This document shows, in pieces, positions 23,756 through 36,163 of a DNA stretch of 64,000 bases. Each line of letters opens with the position of its first letter. Position 1 is the stretch's first letter. The translations under genes were made by a program, and so were the position numbers. The notes beneath the pieces were generated by a model. The model was not told the DNA's origin, did not search any database, and was given only the letters and a program-made list of their open reading frames with translations. Origin of the DNA: Heptranchias perlo. Lineage: Eukaryota. The stretch is taken from the NCBI RefSeq assembly GCF_035084215.1, contig NC_090329.1, forward strand, positions 41,540,001 to 41,604,000. The letters are read 5' to 3'.

Positions 23756-26700
23756 GAGAAACAGAGCGCGAGCTTTTCCTTTTGGACGGAACAGTTTGAG
23801 GAAAGAGTTTAGCAGGTATGGCCTAATGTTATAAGGTAAATGCAATAACAGTTGCAAACTGTGGGCAAATGTCATGTGATCAGATGTCATGTGATCAAAC
23901 CTCCAGGAATATGTCCAACCAGAGTCGGCAACCCTACTTATACTGCTGGTGCTCACTGGATTAATCTCAACCAGAATCACCAACATAGAAAAAGAGGAGA
24001 AATGGGAGATCATTGGATGGAAAAATAATAATTTGCACCAGTGATATTTTGTTGGCAAAATTGCTGGAGGCTCGAGCCGAGAAGGATTCTGGCGCACAAA
24101 CAGGAGAATTGACGCCAACCAAGGAAGAGTATGGGCTGACGGGAGAGGTGGCCACAGGATGGGAGGATGATGTTTCAGGAGCGGCTGATAAGAGTGCCGA
24201 GTGAATGGAGGCTGGCCTTCCCTCGGATAGTAAGTCAAGTGGTAGGGATGGCACTGGCTCCAAGGGTGAGGGGGAAGGAGGAGAGGAACAAGGGGGTCAG
24301 ATGTGGAAAGGAGTGGAACAAGGTCATAGGATGGCGGGGTTACAGTGAGGGACTGGGAGTTAGCACAGAATGAGCAGCAGGTAAGGAAGGAGCAGGTTAC
24401 TCAGGGGCGGCAGGAAAAGGGACGGGCAAAAGGCCTGTTTTAAATCAGAGGAAGTGGCGGAAACTGCAGGGAGTATTACATTTTAAACATACAAACCCAG
24501 CAAGAACATGCAGTGACAAATATTACAATTATGTAATCTAAGAAATCCTCTAATGCAGTCTTTTTCATCTGAATTGGCAATGACATATGACAACACAATA
24601 TGTTAATTACAACAAAATTACCTTGGCTACCATTTCAAGCAGAGTGAAAGTATATGATGTGGATTCGAATACCCGGCATTTGGATTTTTTTAATAATCCT
24701 TTCAGCATTAAAGCAGAAGATTCATGATGTTGGCAGTGTAGTTACATTTTATACTTCAAAACTTTAATCTCCAGTTTAAATTGCACTTGCCTGAGGGTGA
24801 AATTTCCATTAATTCTACAACTTTGCCTCTGAAAAAGTAAATACTGCAATCAATTGCGTTGACATTGGGTCTGTTTTATTTTCATGTGAGTTTGTGACTG
24901 CAGTTAAAAAAGAATTGCATTCTGCTGAGTCGCTGGCGAAAAGGACAAAGACAGGGAGGTGAGCGTGAAACTATCGGGAAGCTGAAACAAGCCGGGCAAT
25001 CAGCCTTAATGACAGCGATGAATGGAGGCAAATATTTCAGATATAATGGATTTCTTTTCAAATCACATCACAGGTCTACTGCATTGACATCATTTTTGGT
25101 GACATCAACGCATTTTTGTGAGCTGTGTGAATGAAGGAGCAAATTGATCCCAGCGGGGTTATAAGCTCAGATGTTGAGTGTGAATCGAGGCTTGCTGCTC
25201 AGCCAGGCTGACATGTTTTTAAACTATTCCGAGGCGACTGCCGACCTGGAGCAGCTGCAACTTTCAGATTCATCTTCCCCCCTCTGAACCTTTCTTTGTG
25301 ATTCGATGTGAGACAAACCCTCCATTTATATCGCTGCGTCCGCTCATACAGAATGGAATTACATGACTCGAGAATCATAACTAGCCCATTAGTATTGTAT
25401 AAATGCAGGAAACGCAAGGGATGCTGAGGTGATCCTTTATTACTGGTGGCTTCAATGTGATCATAAATTGGATAAATTATTAGTCCAACAGCTCCCTGAT
25501 GTATAGTTTACTTTTATATAATGGACATGGCCCAGAATCAGTGTGATAAACAGGCCACAAAGAACTTAGTAATATGCCGTAGAAAGGAGGAACATGCATT
25601 TATATATCATCTTATCACACCCTCAGGGATTCCCAAAGTGCTTGGTATATTGCTGCTTCCTGTTAACAGCAATATTCGTTGGAATGCACTGCTATATTAT
25701 GTCAATTAATGCTCTGACTCCACACAACCAAATGCAGATGTTAAAAAAGAATCTATTATGCAATAAGAGGACTGATATTTCTCAGCGTTTCTATTGCAGA
25801 AATAATGCACTTCGAAGCTATTACTGTAATGTGATAGCTGTGCAAAGGAAAGACCGGACCAGACATAACACACTCTTCAGTTGGCTGCTCAACTGTTACA
25901 CAGCGGACTCATTCATAAATCACAATGATTTGCATTTCTTTAGTGCCCCTCTTCTAGGAAAACGTAGAACACTTTGCAAGGGGGAGGGGGGAGTGCCAAG
26001 CGGGAAACAGGAAGGATTAAGGCATGCCATGGATCGAAAGCACACTTGAAGACATATGTTTTTTTTAGGAGCTTTTTCAAGGAAGGGAGAGAAAAATGAA
26101 TCCAATGAGAGTTCTGAAGATCAGGACACAGATATTGAAAGATCAGCCTCTGACAGTGCAATGGAGGGAGTAGAGGATTATCAGTAACCCAGAGTTGTAG
26201 TAAGGTAAAGTGAGTTGTGGATATCAGAATATGGTCACCCTGCAGCGTCCTCTTCATGTCACGTGTCTTCAGAAATTGGGTAACATTTTAAATAACTTAT
26301 TTCACCTTTTTAAACTTTACTTTAAGCATCATGACATACCTGTACTTATCTAGTGATGATGTTGGTTATATTACTGATTTTTGCCTGTAACCAAAGGATT
26401 ATTAGCCTTTCCAATTCAAGATATTGGAATGGCAGTTTTACATTTAGTTTCAATATATGGAAGTCACACCAGAGTATTGTGTAGAGACTGTAGAAATCTG
26501 AGAAGATGTTACACATAAATTATTTCACAGAAAATGTATGGACACCACAGGAGCTCACACGTGAAGTATTTGTGATTGCAGTACATGACAAAGTGTCTGA
26601 ATCAAACTGGCTGGAACTGGGAAAAGAGCTGTTTAGCTTGCAAGGTTTTCTACAATCACAATGTAGTGACTGCACAATTGCTACAGCAGCCTGATATTGA

Positions 26701-27029
26701 ACTCAAATGTCTCAGTTGCATGAGTTGTTAGTTTGGCCACCAGATTGGAGGACCATACAGATGAGAGATGGCCGAGCACAGTCAGGGAAAGAACATCAGA
26801 CACTCACCCATTTGAACTGTACCTCTTGCTGCCTGCCTGTTGAGGATATGTACTGTTGACTGGGGGCCAGTTCAGATTACCCTTCCGATTAGGGATAATA
26901 CATGCCACAAAAAGGAAAAAAAAATCAAGATTTTCTTTTTAGAAAAAAGGCATTGAAAATAAATATTTGTTGGGGGGGAGTGGTGGTCAGGGGGAAGGAT
27001 TGGGTAGTGTAGTGGATTAGACACAGTAA

Positions 27030-27140
27030 TGGTGTAAAACAGGCAAAATTGGATCAGCCGCTCATTATACAGCCCACCCAATTTCAATAAGGAAAATCGA
27101 GCAAGGGGTATAATGAGCAGTTGTTCCGATTACACCATCG
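27030..27140. mobile_element. Palindromic MITE remnant
   Basis: aattggatcagccgctcattatac ... gtataatgagcagttgttccgatt are imperfect inverted arms. Confidence 0.6.
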
Positions 27141-27162
27141 CCAAAAGATAAATGATCTCTAG

Positions 27163-27490
27163 TGGCCTTTCACCTCTGGAAACTGGATTCAAATGCAGCC
27201 CAGACAAATGGGATGAAAGTCTCCACAGTCTATTGGCTGTAGGCAGCCTGTATGAAATGAGTTTGGGCAGTCTCAATCCAGTTCTTATTGCGCATGGGCC
27301 CACAGGACAAAAAGTGCCCTTTATACAGCAATAAATTGACAATCTTGCTTGGAGAGATTATTGAATGGCTGGTGTAGAGAATGTCACATTGATGTAGTAT
27401 AGCGTGCCCTTCTAAGGTTGGGGCCGAGGCACATTGTTGAGCCAATGTTTCTAACTGTGTTATACCTGACCTGGGAGTGCTTGTTCCTGG
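27163..27490 (+). mobile_element. LF-SINE-like element
   Basis: gcctttcacctctgg...ttcaaatgcagcccag...gtatgaaatgagtttgggcagtctcaatccagttc...gaggcacattg follow the motif order I recall from the LF-SINE consensus. Confidence 0.7.
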
Positions 27491-28459
27491 CACTGGGTGC
27501 TCAAAATGGAAAGTGTTCCAAATTCCAGCCCTAACATTAACTGAATTTCTGTAGTGCCTTTAACGAAGTGAACCTGCAAAGTACTGTATAAAGGAGAAAT
27601 AAATGCCCAGTACAAGAAGCAGGAGAATTAGGGGAGCTGAACAGAGACATGAGCAAAGAGGCGGGGAAGAGATTTGAAAGTGGAGGAGTTTAAGGAGAGA
27701 AATACAAATCTCTATGTGTATCTCCAGCATTTTCTGATTTATTTGAGATTGCAGCGTTCATAATTATTCTTTTTATCCTTCGAATTCAAAACTATTTCAG
27801 AATTTTCTTAGATTAATCTTTAAACTCATCACTGATCCAACACAAAGTCAGAAATAATGTCATTAGTTATGCTGAATGCACTTGTTTGAGCAATTGTGAA
27901 AAATGATCAAGAATGCTTACTCCTAGGGGCAGAAATTCAACACATGCAGAACAGGCGGCCAGCAGTTGAAAATTTCAGGTGGAGGAGGTGCTCAACTGAC
28001 CCTTTGATGACAATGGTCTGCCTAATGCAATATTCAGTCAGGCTTGTAAATGGACAAGTAGGCTGCTGGCCTGAAACAGGCTGCTGGCCTACTTAAATAT
28101 GCAAATTGAGGGCCTACTTTGGTTGTCTCCGTTGTGTGATGTTCACTGTGTCCTCCACCAAATATAATAGCTAAAGTGGCATTTGAGACCCCTGGGCAGT
28201 TGAGGAGAATAGTGGTGATACTGTGATTTGGTTTGCAGGAACTGAATCTGGAAATGGCAACACAATGATATGGCTGTGCAACCTCCAAGATGCTGCTGTC
28301 ATTGCTATTGTATAAACAGTAGCGCCTGTTATGCCACATTAATAGATACTTGCACGTCCCTGTTCCCTCCTTAGTGTCGTGATGTGGAAATCCCATAGAG
28401 CTTGTCCTAAGGTGGAGGGGTAGAGTTAGAACAAGGCTTAAAAGGTGTTACTGCAAAGA

Positions 28460-28566
28460 AAGAAAGAGAAAGAACTTGCATTTATATAGCCTCAGGACGT
28501 CCCAAAGCGCTTTACAGCCAATGAAGTATTTTTGAAGTGTAATCACTGTTGTAAATGTAGGAAACA
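28460..28566 (-). mobile_element. DeuSINE 3' tail fragment
   Basis: Reverse complement of 58000-58065 (caggacgtcccaaagcgctttacag...tttgaagtgtaatcactgttgtaa). Confidence 0.85.
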
Positions 28567-28580
28567 AGTGTAATACAATA

Positions 28581-28780
28581 GGGGTCATTTTCTTACTTTG
28601 CCCTTCTAATGGGAAGCCTCACTCACTCACCGAGAGCACATATCAGAACTCAGGCGAGTCTACGCACAATTTGCCAACCATTTAAAATAATGACTGGAAA
28701 ATTGTGCACAGCATATGCTGGAATTTCTGATATGCGCTCTCAGTGCATGAGGCTCCCTGTTAGAAGTGCTAAAAATGACA
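28581..28780. mobile_element. Palindromic MITE
   Basis: ttctaatgggaagcctca...gagagcacatatcagaa...gcacaattt and aaattgtgc...ttctgatatgcgctctc...tgaggctccctgttagaa form long imperfect inverted arms. Confidence 0.75.
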
Positions 28781-30499
28781 ATCGGCATGGTATTCTACAA
28801 TGAAAGAATGGAGTGTTTGTTTAATTTAATGTATATTTCAAATGAGATCTGTGTTTTCTTATTAAATGTAGAATTAATATTAAGTTATTCTGGTCCATCT
28901 GTCTTTCAACTGTTGTAATCTACAGTAGCATTGAATAATATGTATTAAATGAAGAGCTGGCTTGAAAACTGAGCTCAGTGTGGGTATTGTTAAATGAAAG
29001 GCTGGTGTTTATTTTGGTGGCTCCCAATCATTTTTAACATATCTGAAATAAAGATTAACATTTAAATTATATTTAAACATTATTAGTGGCAGCGGTCGCT
29101 ATTGCTAAGACATAATAATATTGGCAGCTAGTCAGTGGCACATATGTCTGTGCTGATAATCTGATTGTGTGTAAAATTCATTTTTAGTTAGTACCATGGC
29201 AACAGAGAGAGGGTTGAAGTCACATGTACGAGGAAGCGAGTGGACAGAATTACTGTTGTGTGGAGAGAGATAGAAAGAGAAACAGCCAATAGGACTCTGA
29301 GGGGCAAGCCTTGCGATAAGCTGGAGCTAGTGAAACTTGTTTTAATTTCAATGCTCACAGCTGACCAGAAAAATCTGGTAAGTTGCTATGACTACATTTT
29401 CAGGAAATGAATTCATACTTTGTTTTATGTAATTTGAATGAAAGCTGTCAGACACTCCCAATGGAAGTCAAACGTATGCTGTAGGCAGTGAGCATGTGCC
29501 AAATGCAGAACAAAGGCACATGGGTAATTGGAACATTGTATTAATGTTGATAGGATAATAAAATGAAATGGTTCTTCTATACAGCACAATTCTAAACACC
29601 ATATATTAAAAAACATTTTTTAAAAAGCCTAATAAGTAGAAAAAAAACATTAAGTGTTATTTGTAAATGTGTTGGAAATTTTTCAAATGATCTTGTTGAA
29701 ATGATTCCTGTCATCTCTGGCCATTTCTGGGTCTTTGCTCCCTGGTGGTGCTACTTGTACAAAACATGTACAAAATATTACAAAACATGCATCACTTCTC
29801 GTTGATCTGAATATGTACTCTCCTTAAAATCAGGTTGTGCAGAATGCAACAGAAATGAAGATCTTGCAGTTTGTACTGGGGCAATACTGTAAGACAACAC
29901 CAGATATGTCTGAGCATCTCTATCTCTGTATCTACATTTTCAAATGCGTGTTGTACAACTGGCTTGTGGTTTTATGGACTTGAATATGCTCAACCTCAGT
30001 GTGTGCCATCCAAATTATTCTCCTCAAATATTACTGGTACACAAGAATTCTGCAGGATGATCCAAGGATCCTGGGAAATTTGCCAGTAATCAAGATTATG
30101 ATGTTCTGTACAACATTTGCATGTCCAGGGAATGGAATCTCATCATGTTAATGTAGACCACATGGATTATTGAAGGGTGGGCCTATCTCCATGATGGACA
30201 CCCTACTGAGTACTCACATCCTCACATGCTTTTGGATATTCCAAGGCTTGGGTATTCATTCTTCCACCTACTCCACCTGCAAATGGCCTAGACATCCTGC
30301 TCCTCCTCAAGCACAGCAGCTATCCCAATCCCTAAAGTCATAGTGGGTTTGTTGATTGTGTCTCAGCTATACTAATTATTGGTTTAACTGTTGACTGCTT
30401 AGAAATATTGTTCTACCCAGTTTAACATGGAGTGGACAGTAGAAATTACGGAGAATTCGGCCAAAATTCAAATTTGTGGTGGTTCATTTCCAACAGAAG

Positions 30500-31240
30500 A
30501 GTGAATAATTTCAATGATGCCTGCTCACTCACCTTTATTCGTGTGCAAATTGGAAAGTAACTTCTGATGACCGCATATGCTCAGTTAAATGCAGAAATCC
30601 GGAATTTGCTGTACGAGATGCAATCCTCCTCCAAAAGCTGCGCGAAAACAACATCTCATTGTTTGGCACTTGAATGGCGTGAAGATCCTGCACTTATCTG
30701 ATAGATACAAACTAAACTCGCCAAAAAAAGTTGTCAAGTCATTTTAAGTTTAAGTACCATTTTAACAGCATAGTAAGTCTTAATTACTGCCAAAACCACT
30801 CTGGCACTGAAAATTAACTTTTACAAGTCTCATTCCTTCTGATTTTAATTATTGTTGGGCATTAAAAAAGACTTAAATACATTTTTAAAAACTTTTTCTT
30901 TCTGTCCCTTTTATCTCTGTCTCTTAATTCAATTTTTCTTTCCCTCTTTATTTCACTTTCTGTACCTGATTTGACATTGAATTCACTATTCTAACTTACA
31001 CTTCCTGGTTCAGTCTCTGTGCTGCTTATTAATGATGCTTCAATCAGATTGGTTACAGAGATACACAGTTGCTTGCCCTGTTTACACAGGTCCTAGCTAT
31101 CCTGTGGAGGGCTCCACGCTGAATGGATTTCTAATTTTCAGGAACTTGCCATGCAAAAGCTCATACAAAGTCTATGGGCAAGTGCAAGTTTAATGAACGG
31201 TTAGTGCCGTTTGTTTGCTGCTCACAGCAAAATCCAGCCC
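30500..31240. mobile_element. Probable non-autonomous DNA element
   Basis: Ends in cagcaaaatccagccc, similar to the TIR of the 47537-47654 MITE; left end not resolved. Confidence 0.4.
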
Positions 31241-31397
31241 ATTGTCAAATTTCAAGTTGCTCAGATCTCAAAAGTGACTGATACAAATATAACAATTTAA
31301 GTGCCAAATATTTCAGTGAAAATTATGTACACAAATTTTAACACCCAAAAACAGAGGGGTTGGGGGCAGGTGAGCAGTGAAAATTCGGAACAGGACC

Positions 31398-33877
31398 ACA
31401 TAAGAACATAAGAAATAGGAACAGAAGGAGGCCATATGACCCCTCAAGCCTGCTCTGCCATTCAATAAGATCATGACTGATCTTCTACCTCAACTCCACT
31501 TTCCTGCCCTATCCCCATATCCCTTGATTCCGTTAGTGTCCAAAAATCTATCAATCTCAGTCTTGAATATGCTCAACGCCTGAGCATCCAAAGCCCTCTT
31601 GGGGTAAACAATTCCAAAGATTCATAACCCTCTGATTGAAGAAATCTTTCCTCATCTTAGTCCTAAATGGCCGACCCTTTATCCTGGGACTATGACCCCT
31701 AGTTTTAGACTTTCCAGCCAGGGCAAACAGCCTCTCAGCATCTACCCTGTCAAGCCCTTTCAGAATTTTATACATTTTAATGAGATCAGCTCTCATTCTT
31801 CTAAACTGCAAAGAGTATCGGCCCATTCTACTCAATCTCTCCTCATAGGACAATGCTCCCATCCCAGGAATCAATCTAGTGAACCTTCATTACAACCGTC
31901 TAAGGCAAGTATATCCTTCCTTAGGTAAGGAGACCAAAACTGTGCACAGTACTCCAGGTGTGGTCTCACTAGATCCCTAAATAATTGCAGCAAGGCCTCA
32001 TTCTTACACACCAACCCTCTTGCAATAAAGGCGAACATATAATTTGCCTTCCTAATTGATTGCTTTACCTGCATGTGAACTTTCTCTGATTCGTATACAA
32101 GGACACCCAAATCCCTATGATTACCAACATTTCTTAGTCTCTCACCTTTGAAAAAAAACTGCTTTTCCATTCTTCCTACCAAAGTGGATAATTTCACATT
32201 TCCCCACATTATACTCCATCTGCCACCCTCTCGTCTACTCACTTAACCTGTCCATATCCCTTTGCAGTCTCTTTGCATCCTCCTCAAAGATTACTTTCCC
32301 ACCTAGCTTTGTATCATCAGCAAACATGGATACATTACAGTCCCCTCATCTAAGTCATTGATATATATTGTAAACAGCCGAGGCCCAAGCACTGATCCTT
32401 GCGGCACCCCACTAGAGCTGAATTCCAGAGGTGAGGTGAGAGTGACTGCCCTTGACATCAAGGCAGCATTTGGTGGCACCAAGGAGTGTGGCACCAAGGA
32501 GCCATTGGGGTCAATGGGAATCAGGGGGAAAACTCTCCAGTGGCTGGAGTCATACCTAGCACAAAGGAAGACGATAGTGGTTGTTGGAGGCCAATCATCT
32601 CAGCCCCAGGACATTGCTGCAGGAGTTCCTCAGGGCAGTGTCCTAGGCCCAACCATCTTTAGCTGCTTCATCAATGACCTTCCCTCCATCATAAGGTCAG
32701 AAATGGGGATGTTTGCTGATGATTGCACAGTGTTCAGTTCCATTCGCAACCCCTCAAATAATGAAGCAGTCCGAGCCCGCATGCAGCAAGACCTGGACAA
32801 CATCCAGGCTTGGGCTGATAAGTGGCAAGTAACATTCACGCCAGACAAGTGCCAGGCAATGACCATCTCCAACAAGAGAGTCTAACCACCTCCCCTTAAC
32901 ATTCAATAACATTACCATCGCCGAATCCCCCACCATCAACATCCTGGGGGTCACCATTGACCAGAAACTTAACTGGACCAGCCACATAACTACTGTGGCT
33001 ACAAGAGCAGGTCAGAGGCTGGGTATTCTGTGGCGAGTGACTCACCTCCTGACTCCCCAAAGCCTTTCCACCATCTCCAAGGCACAAGTCAGGAGTGCGA
33101 TGGAATACTCTCCACTTGCCTGGATAAGTGCAACTCTAACAACACTCAAGAAGCTCGACACCATCCACGACAAAGCAGCCCGTTGATTGGCACCCCATCC
33201 ACCGCCCTAAACATTCACTCCCTTCATCACCAGTGCACTGTGGCTGCAGCGTGTACCATCCACAGGATGCACTGCAGCAACTTGCCAAGGCTTCTTCGAG
33301 AGCACCTCCCAAACCAGTGACCTTTACCACCTTGAAGGACAAGGGCAGCAGACACATGGGAAGAACACCACCTGCACGTTCCCCTCCAAGTCACACACCA
33401 TCCCGACTTGGAAATATATCGTTCCTTCATTGTCGCTGGGTCAAAATCCTGGAACTCCCTATCTAACAGCACTGTGGGAGAACCTTCACCACATGGACTG
33501 CAGCGGTTCAATTAGGGATGGGCAATAATTGCTGGCGTTGCCAGTGACACCCACATCCCATGAACGAATAAAAAAAAGTTACAACCTGCCAACCCAAAAA
33601 TGACCCTTTATTCTTACTCTCTGTTTTCAGTCTGTTAACCAATCCTCAACTCATGCTAATATATTGCCCCCAATCTCACGGGCCCTAATCTTGTGTAACA
33701 ACCTCTTGTGTGGCACTTTATCAAATGCCTTTTGAAAATCCAAATATACTATATCCACTGGTTCCCCTTATCTACCCTGCTGGTTACACCCTCAAAAATC
33801 TCTAATAGATTTTTTAAACACGATTTCCCTTTCATAAAACTGTGTTGACTCTGCTTAATCATATTATGATTTTCCAG
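31398..33877 (-). mobile_element. CR1 LINE, 5'-truncated, split by a family B LINE
   Basis: Begins at LENHNMIKQSQHSFMKGKSCL; GVPQGSVLGP...YINDL; RPHLEYCAQFWSP; tail (ttcttatg)n. Confidence 0.95.
32416..33577 (+). mobile_element. LINE family B, 5'-truncated RT and 3' tail
   Basis: ALDIKAAF, GVPQGSVLGP, MFADD; tail gggatgggcaataa...cccacatcccatgaacgaataaaaaaaa. Confidence 0.95.
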
Positions 33878-34327
33878 TTCCAGCGTACGCACTTTTGGGT
33901 TTGACCCAGACATGTCTGGATGCGCTCGTGCTTCTGACACCCGGAAGTCCGGTCGGCACTCAAAGCCGGCGGGCTGATGTTTAAAGGGCAAATTAATGTA
34001 TTAAAGCACTTAAGAGGATTAACTTTTTGTGTATTGAGTTACACAAACTATTTTAACTTCTCCTGAATGTGTCTCCTGTGGCCTCTGAAAAACACCATGG
34101 AAACAGAGGCGAGTTGCAGCCGACCCTCATTTGAACCTTTAAACCTGTGATTGACATGTGAATAAAAGGTGAGTTTTTGCAACAGGACAATCAGTTCTCT
34201 CAGACAAACGTTTGGCTAAGAGTTCTGTGTGTCTGGGAGGACTGAGATTTCTTTGTTCACACTGAGAATTCTCGTGTTCAGACATATTTACTTACATTTT
34301 GGACCCCCTCAAACTGACAATATTAGG

Positions 34328-35186
34328 ATGGGGGTGCAATGGATCTATTCCACAGTACATCTGAGGAGGAGGCATATCATCATCCATGGCAGGCACAGCA
34401 TGCAGTTCTGGTGCACAAGACAGGTGTGCGCCACAAGGACCTGCAGAAGAGCAGAGAGGGGACCAACGGAGGGGCCGAGGTCACAGGAGGTACGACCCAC
34501 GTGAGAGGGTCCACAGGCAGAGACTGAGTTTCCGAGACCTCTCTGAGGAGCTGTGCCTACACAGGCTAAGTGGTCGCAGATATCTGCAGGCTCCTTCATG
34601 CAGAGCAGCTCCTAGCTGGGCCTGGTGGCCACGCATTGCCCGTCGCAGTTGAAGTGACCACTGCCCTCAATTTCTTCAGCTCCAGATCCTTCCAGGGCAC
34701 CACTGGTGACATCTCCAGGGTCTCTTGGTCGTCTGCAGGTAAGTGTATACGACAGGTCACGGATGTCTTGTTTGCCAGGGCATCTGACTACATCAACTTC
34801 CCCTGCGACAACATCAGCCAGACTGAGAGGGCAGTGGGTTTCCACTTTCTGGCTGGCTTCCCACGGGTGCAGGGTGCAATTGATTGCACACACGTAGCAA
34901 TCTGAGGGCCTGCACATGAGCCAGGACTGTTCATCAACTGAAAGGGATATCACTCCATCAGTTTGCAGCTGGTTTGCAAGTGTGTGCCAAATTTCCTGGC
35001 AGCTGTCATGATTCCTTCATTTTGCGCGAGTCCAACATCCCAGCCCTCTTCCACACACAAGACAGACTTAAGAGCTGGCTTCTTGGAAACAAGGGATACT
35101 CCCTGCAGATGTGGCTCATGACAACTGTGAGAAGCCCCACCAACAAGGCATAGCAGCGGTACAACAAAAATCACATCACCACCAGG
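34328..35186 (+). pseudogene. Harbinger DDE transposase (HARBI1-like), 3'-deleted
   Basis: [45 protein letters not shown]; homologous to 13.3-14.3 kb. Confidence 0.92.
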
Positions 35187-35189
35187 TAA

Positions 35190-36163
35190 CGTGTGCCCCA
35201 GAGGAATGGAGCTCCTCTGAGGAATCTCCTTCTTCCATGGCGCTTGCTTCATCATCAATCCTTGAAGGCCCTGGAAGAGAACATAAAGCAATATTAAAAA
35301 TTATTGCAGAAGTTAGTTTGCAATAAGCATTCTGAGGTGTGTAACAGGTCAATCATTGATAACATCAATTCATGATGTGTGTGAGGGATATTAAAGTTTT
35401 GTCACCAGATGTTTGCAGGTTGCCAGTCTCGCCATCTCCGACGACCAGGCATGCAACCGTGCAGCTCAGATCCAACGACCCCTCCTCCGCCTCTGTCAGG
35501 GGTACTATGTGTGGTGGGCCCCCTCCAGTCCTACTCCTCTCCTGTGCAGTTGTGCTCTCTTCTCCTACAAGGGGAGAAAGAACAGACATGTGAGTGAGTA
35601 AGTGAAGGTGATGGGATCACCCGATGGATGCATTGCTTTGGGTGAGGCTGACAGTGAAACAGATGCATCAGAGGGTGAGTATCAGACAGATTCATCACAT
35701 TGCACCAGGATTGGGGTCAGTAGGAGAGGTGGGTTCACAAATGGGGAAATGAGGAAGTGCACAGAAAGTGAAGGTAAGTTTACAAAAAGACTTAAGTGAG
35801 TGTGAGGAGTGATGTGATGGAGTAGGCTTGGCAAGACAGAGTGAGAGGTGGGGTATTGTACACCACAGGATGTAGGTGAATCAGTAACTGTACTCACTTT
35901 TCCTGACCTTGTTAGGTCATTAAAGTGCTTCCTGCACTGTACCCGTGGCCTTGCCACTGTGCTTCTGCTGCTCAGCCCCTCTGCCACCTCCAGCCAGGTC
36001 TTCTTGGTGGCAGAAGCAGGGCACTTCCTCTGGTCAGCCGGGTATAGTATTTCCCTCCCACCAGCCAGTAGCAACTCAAGGGAGGAATCGTTAAAAAGGG
36101 ATGCTGCCTTCCACCTGTGATGCTGCATCTCTGAAGATTCCTTCTTTCTCCTTCAAAATCCAT
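35190..36163 (-). pseudogene. Harbinger Myb/SANT gene, exons 1-2 and start of exon 3
   Basis: KAASLFNDSSLELLL...KKTWLEVAEGLS...VQCRKHFNDLTRSGK|gtgag; acceptors ccccttgtag and ctcttccag correspond to those of copy 1. Confidence 0.9.

Noticed and set aside
24621-24828. Possible minus-strand exon with good acceptor and donor
   Set aside because: Stops in all three frames; a non-coding exon cannot be supported without RNA data.
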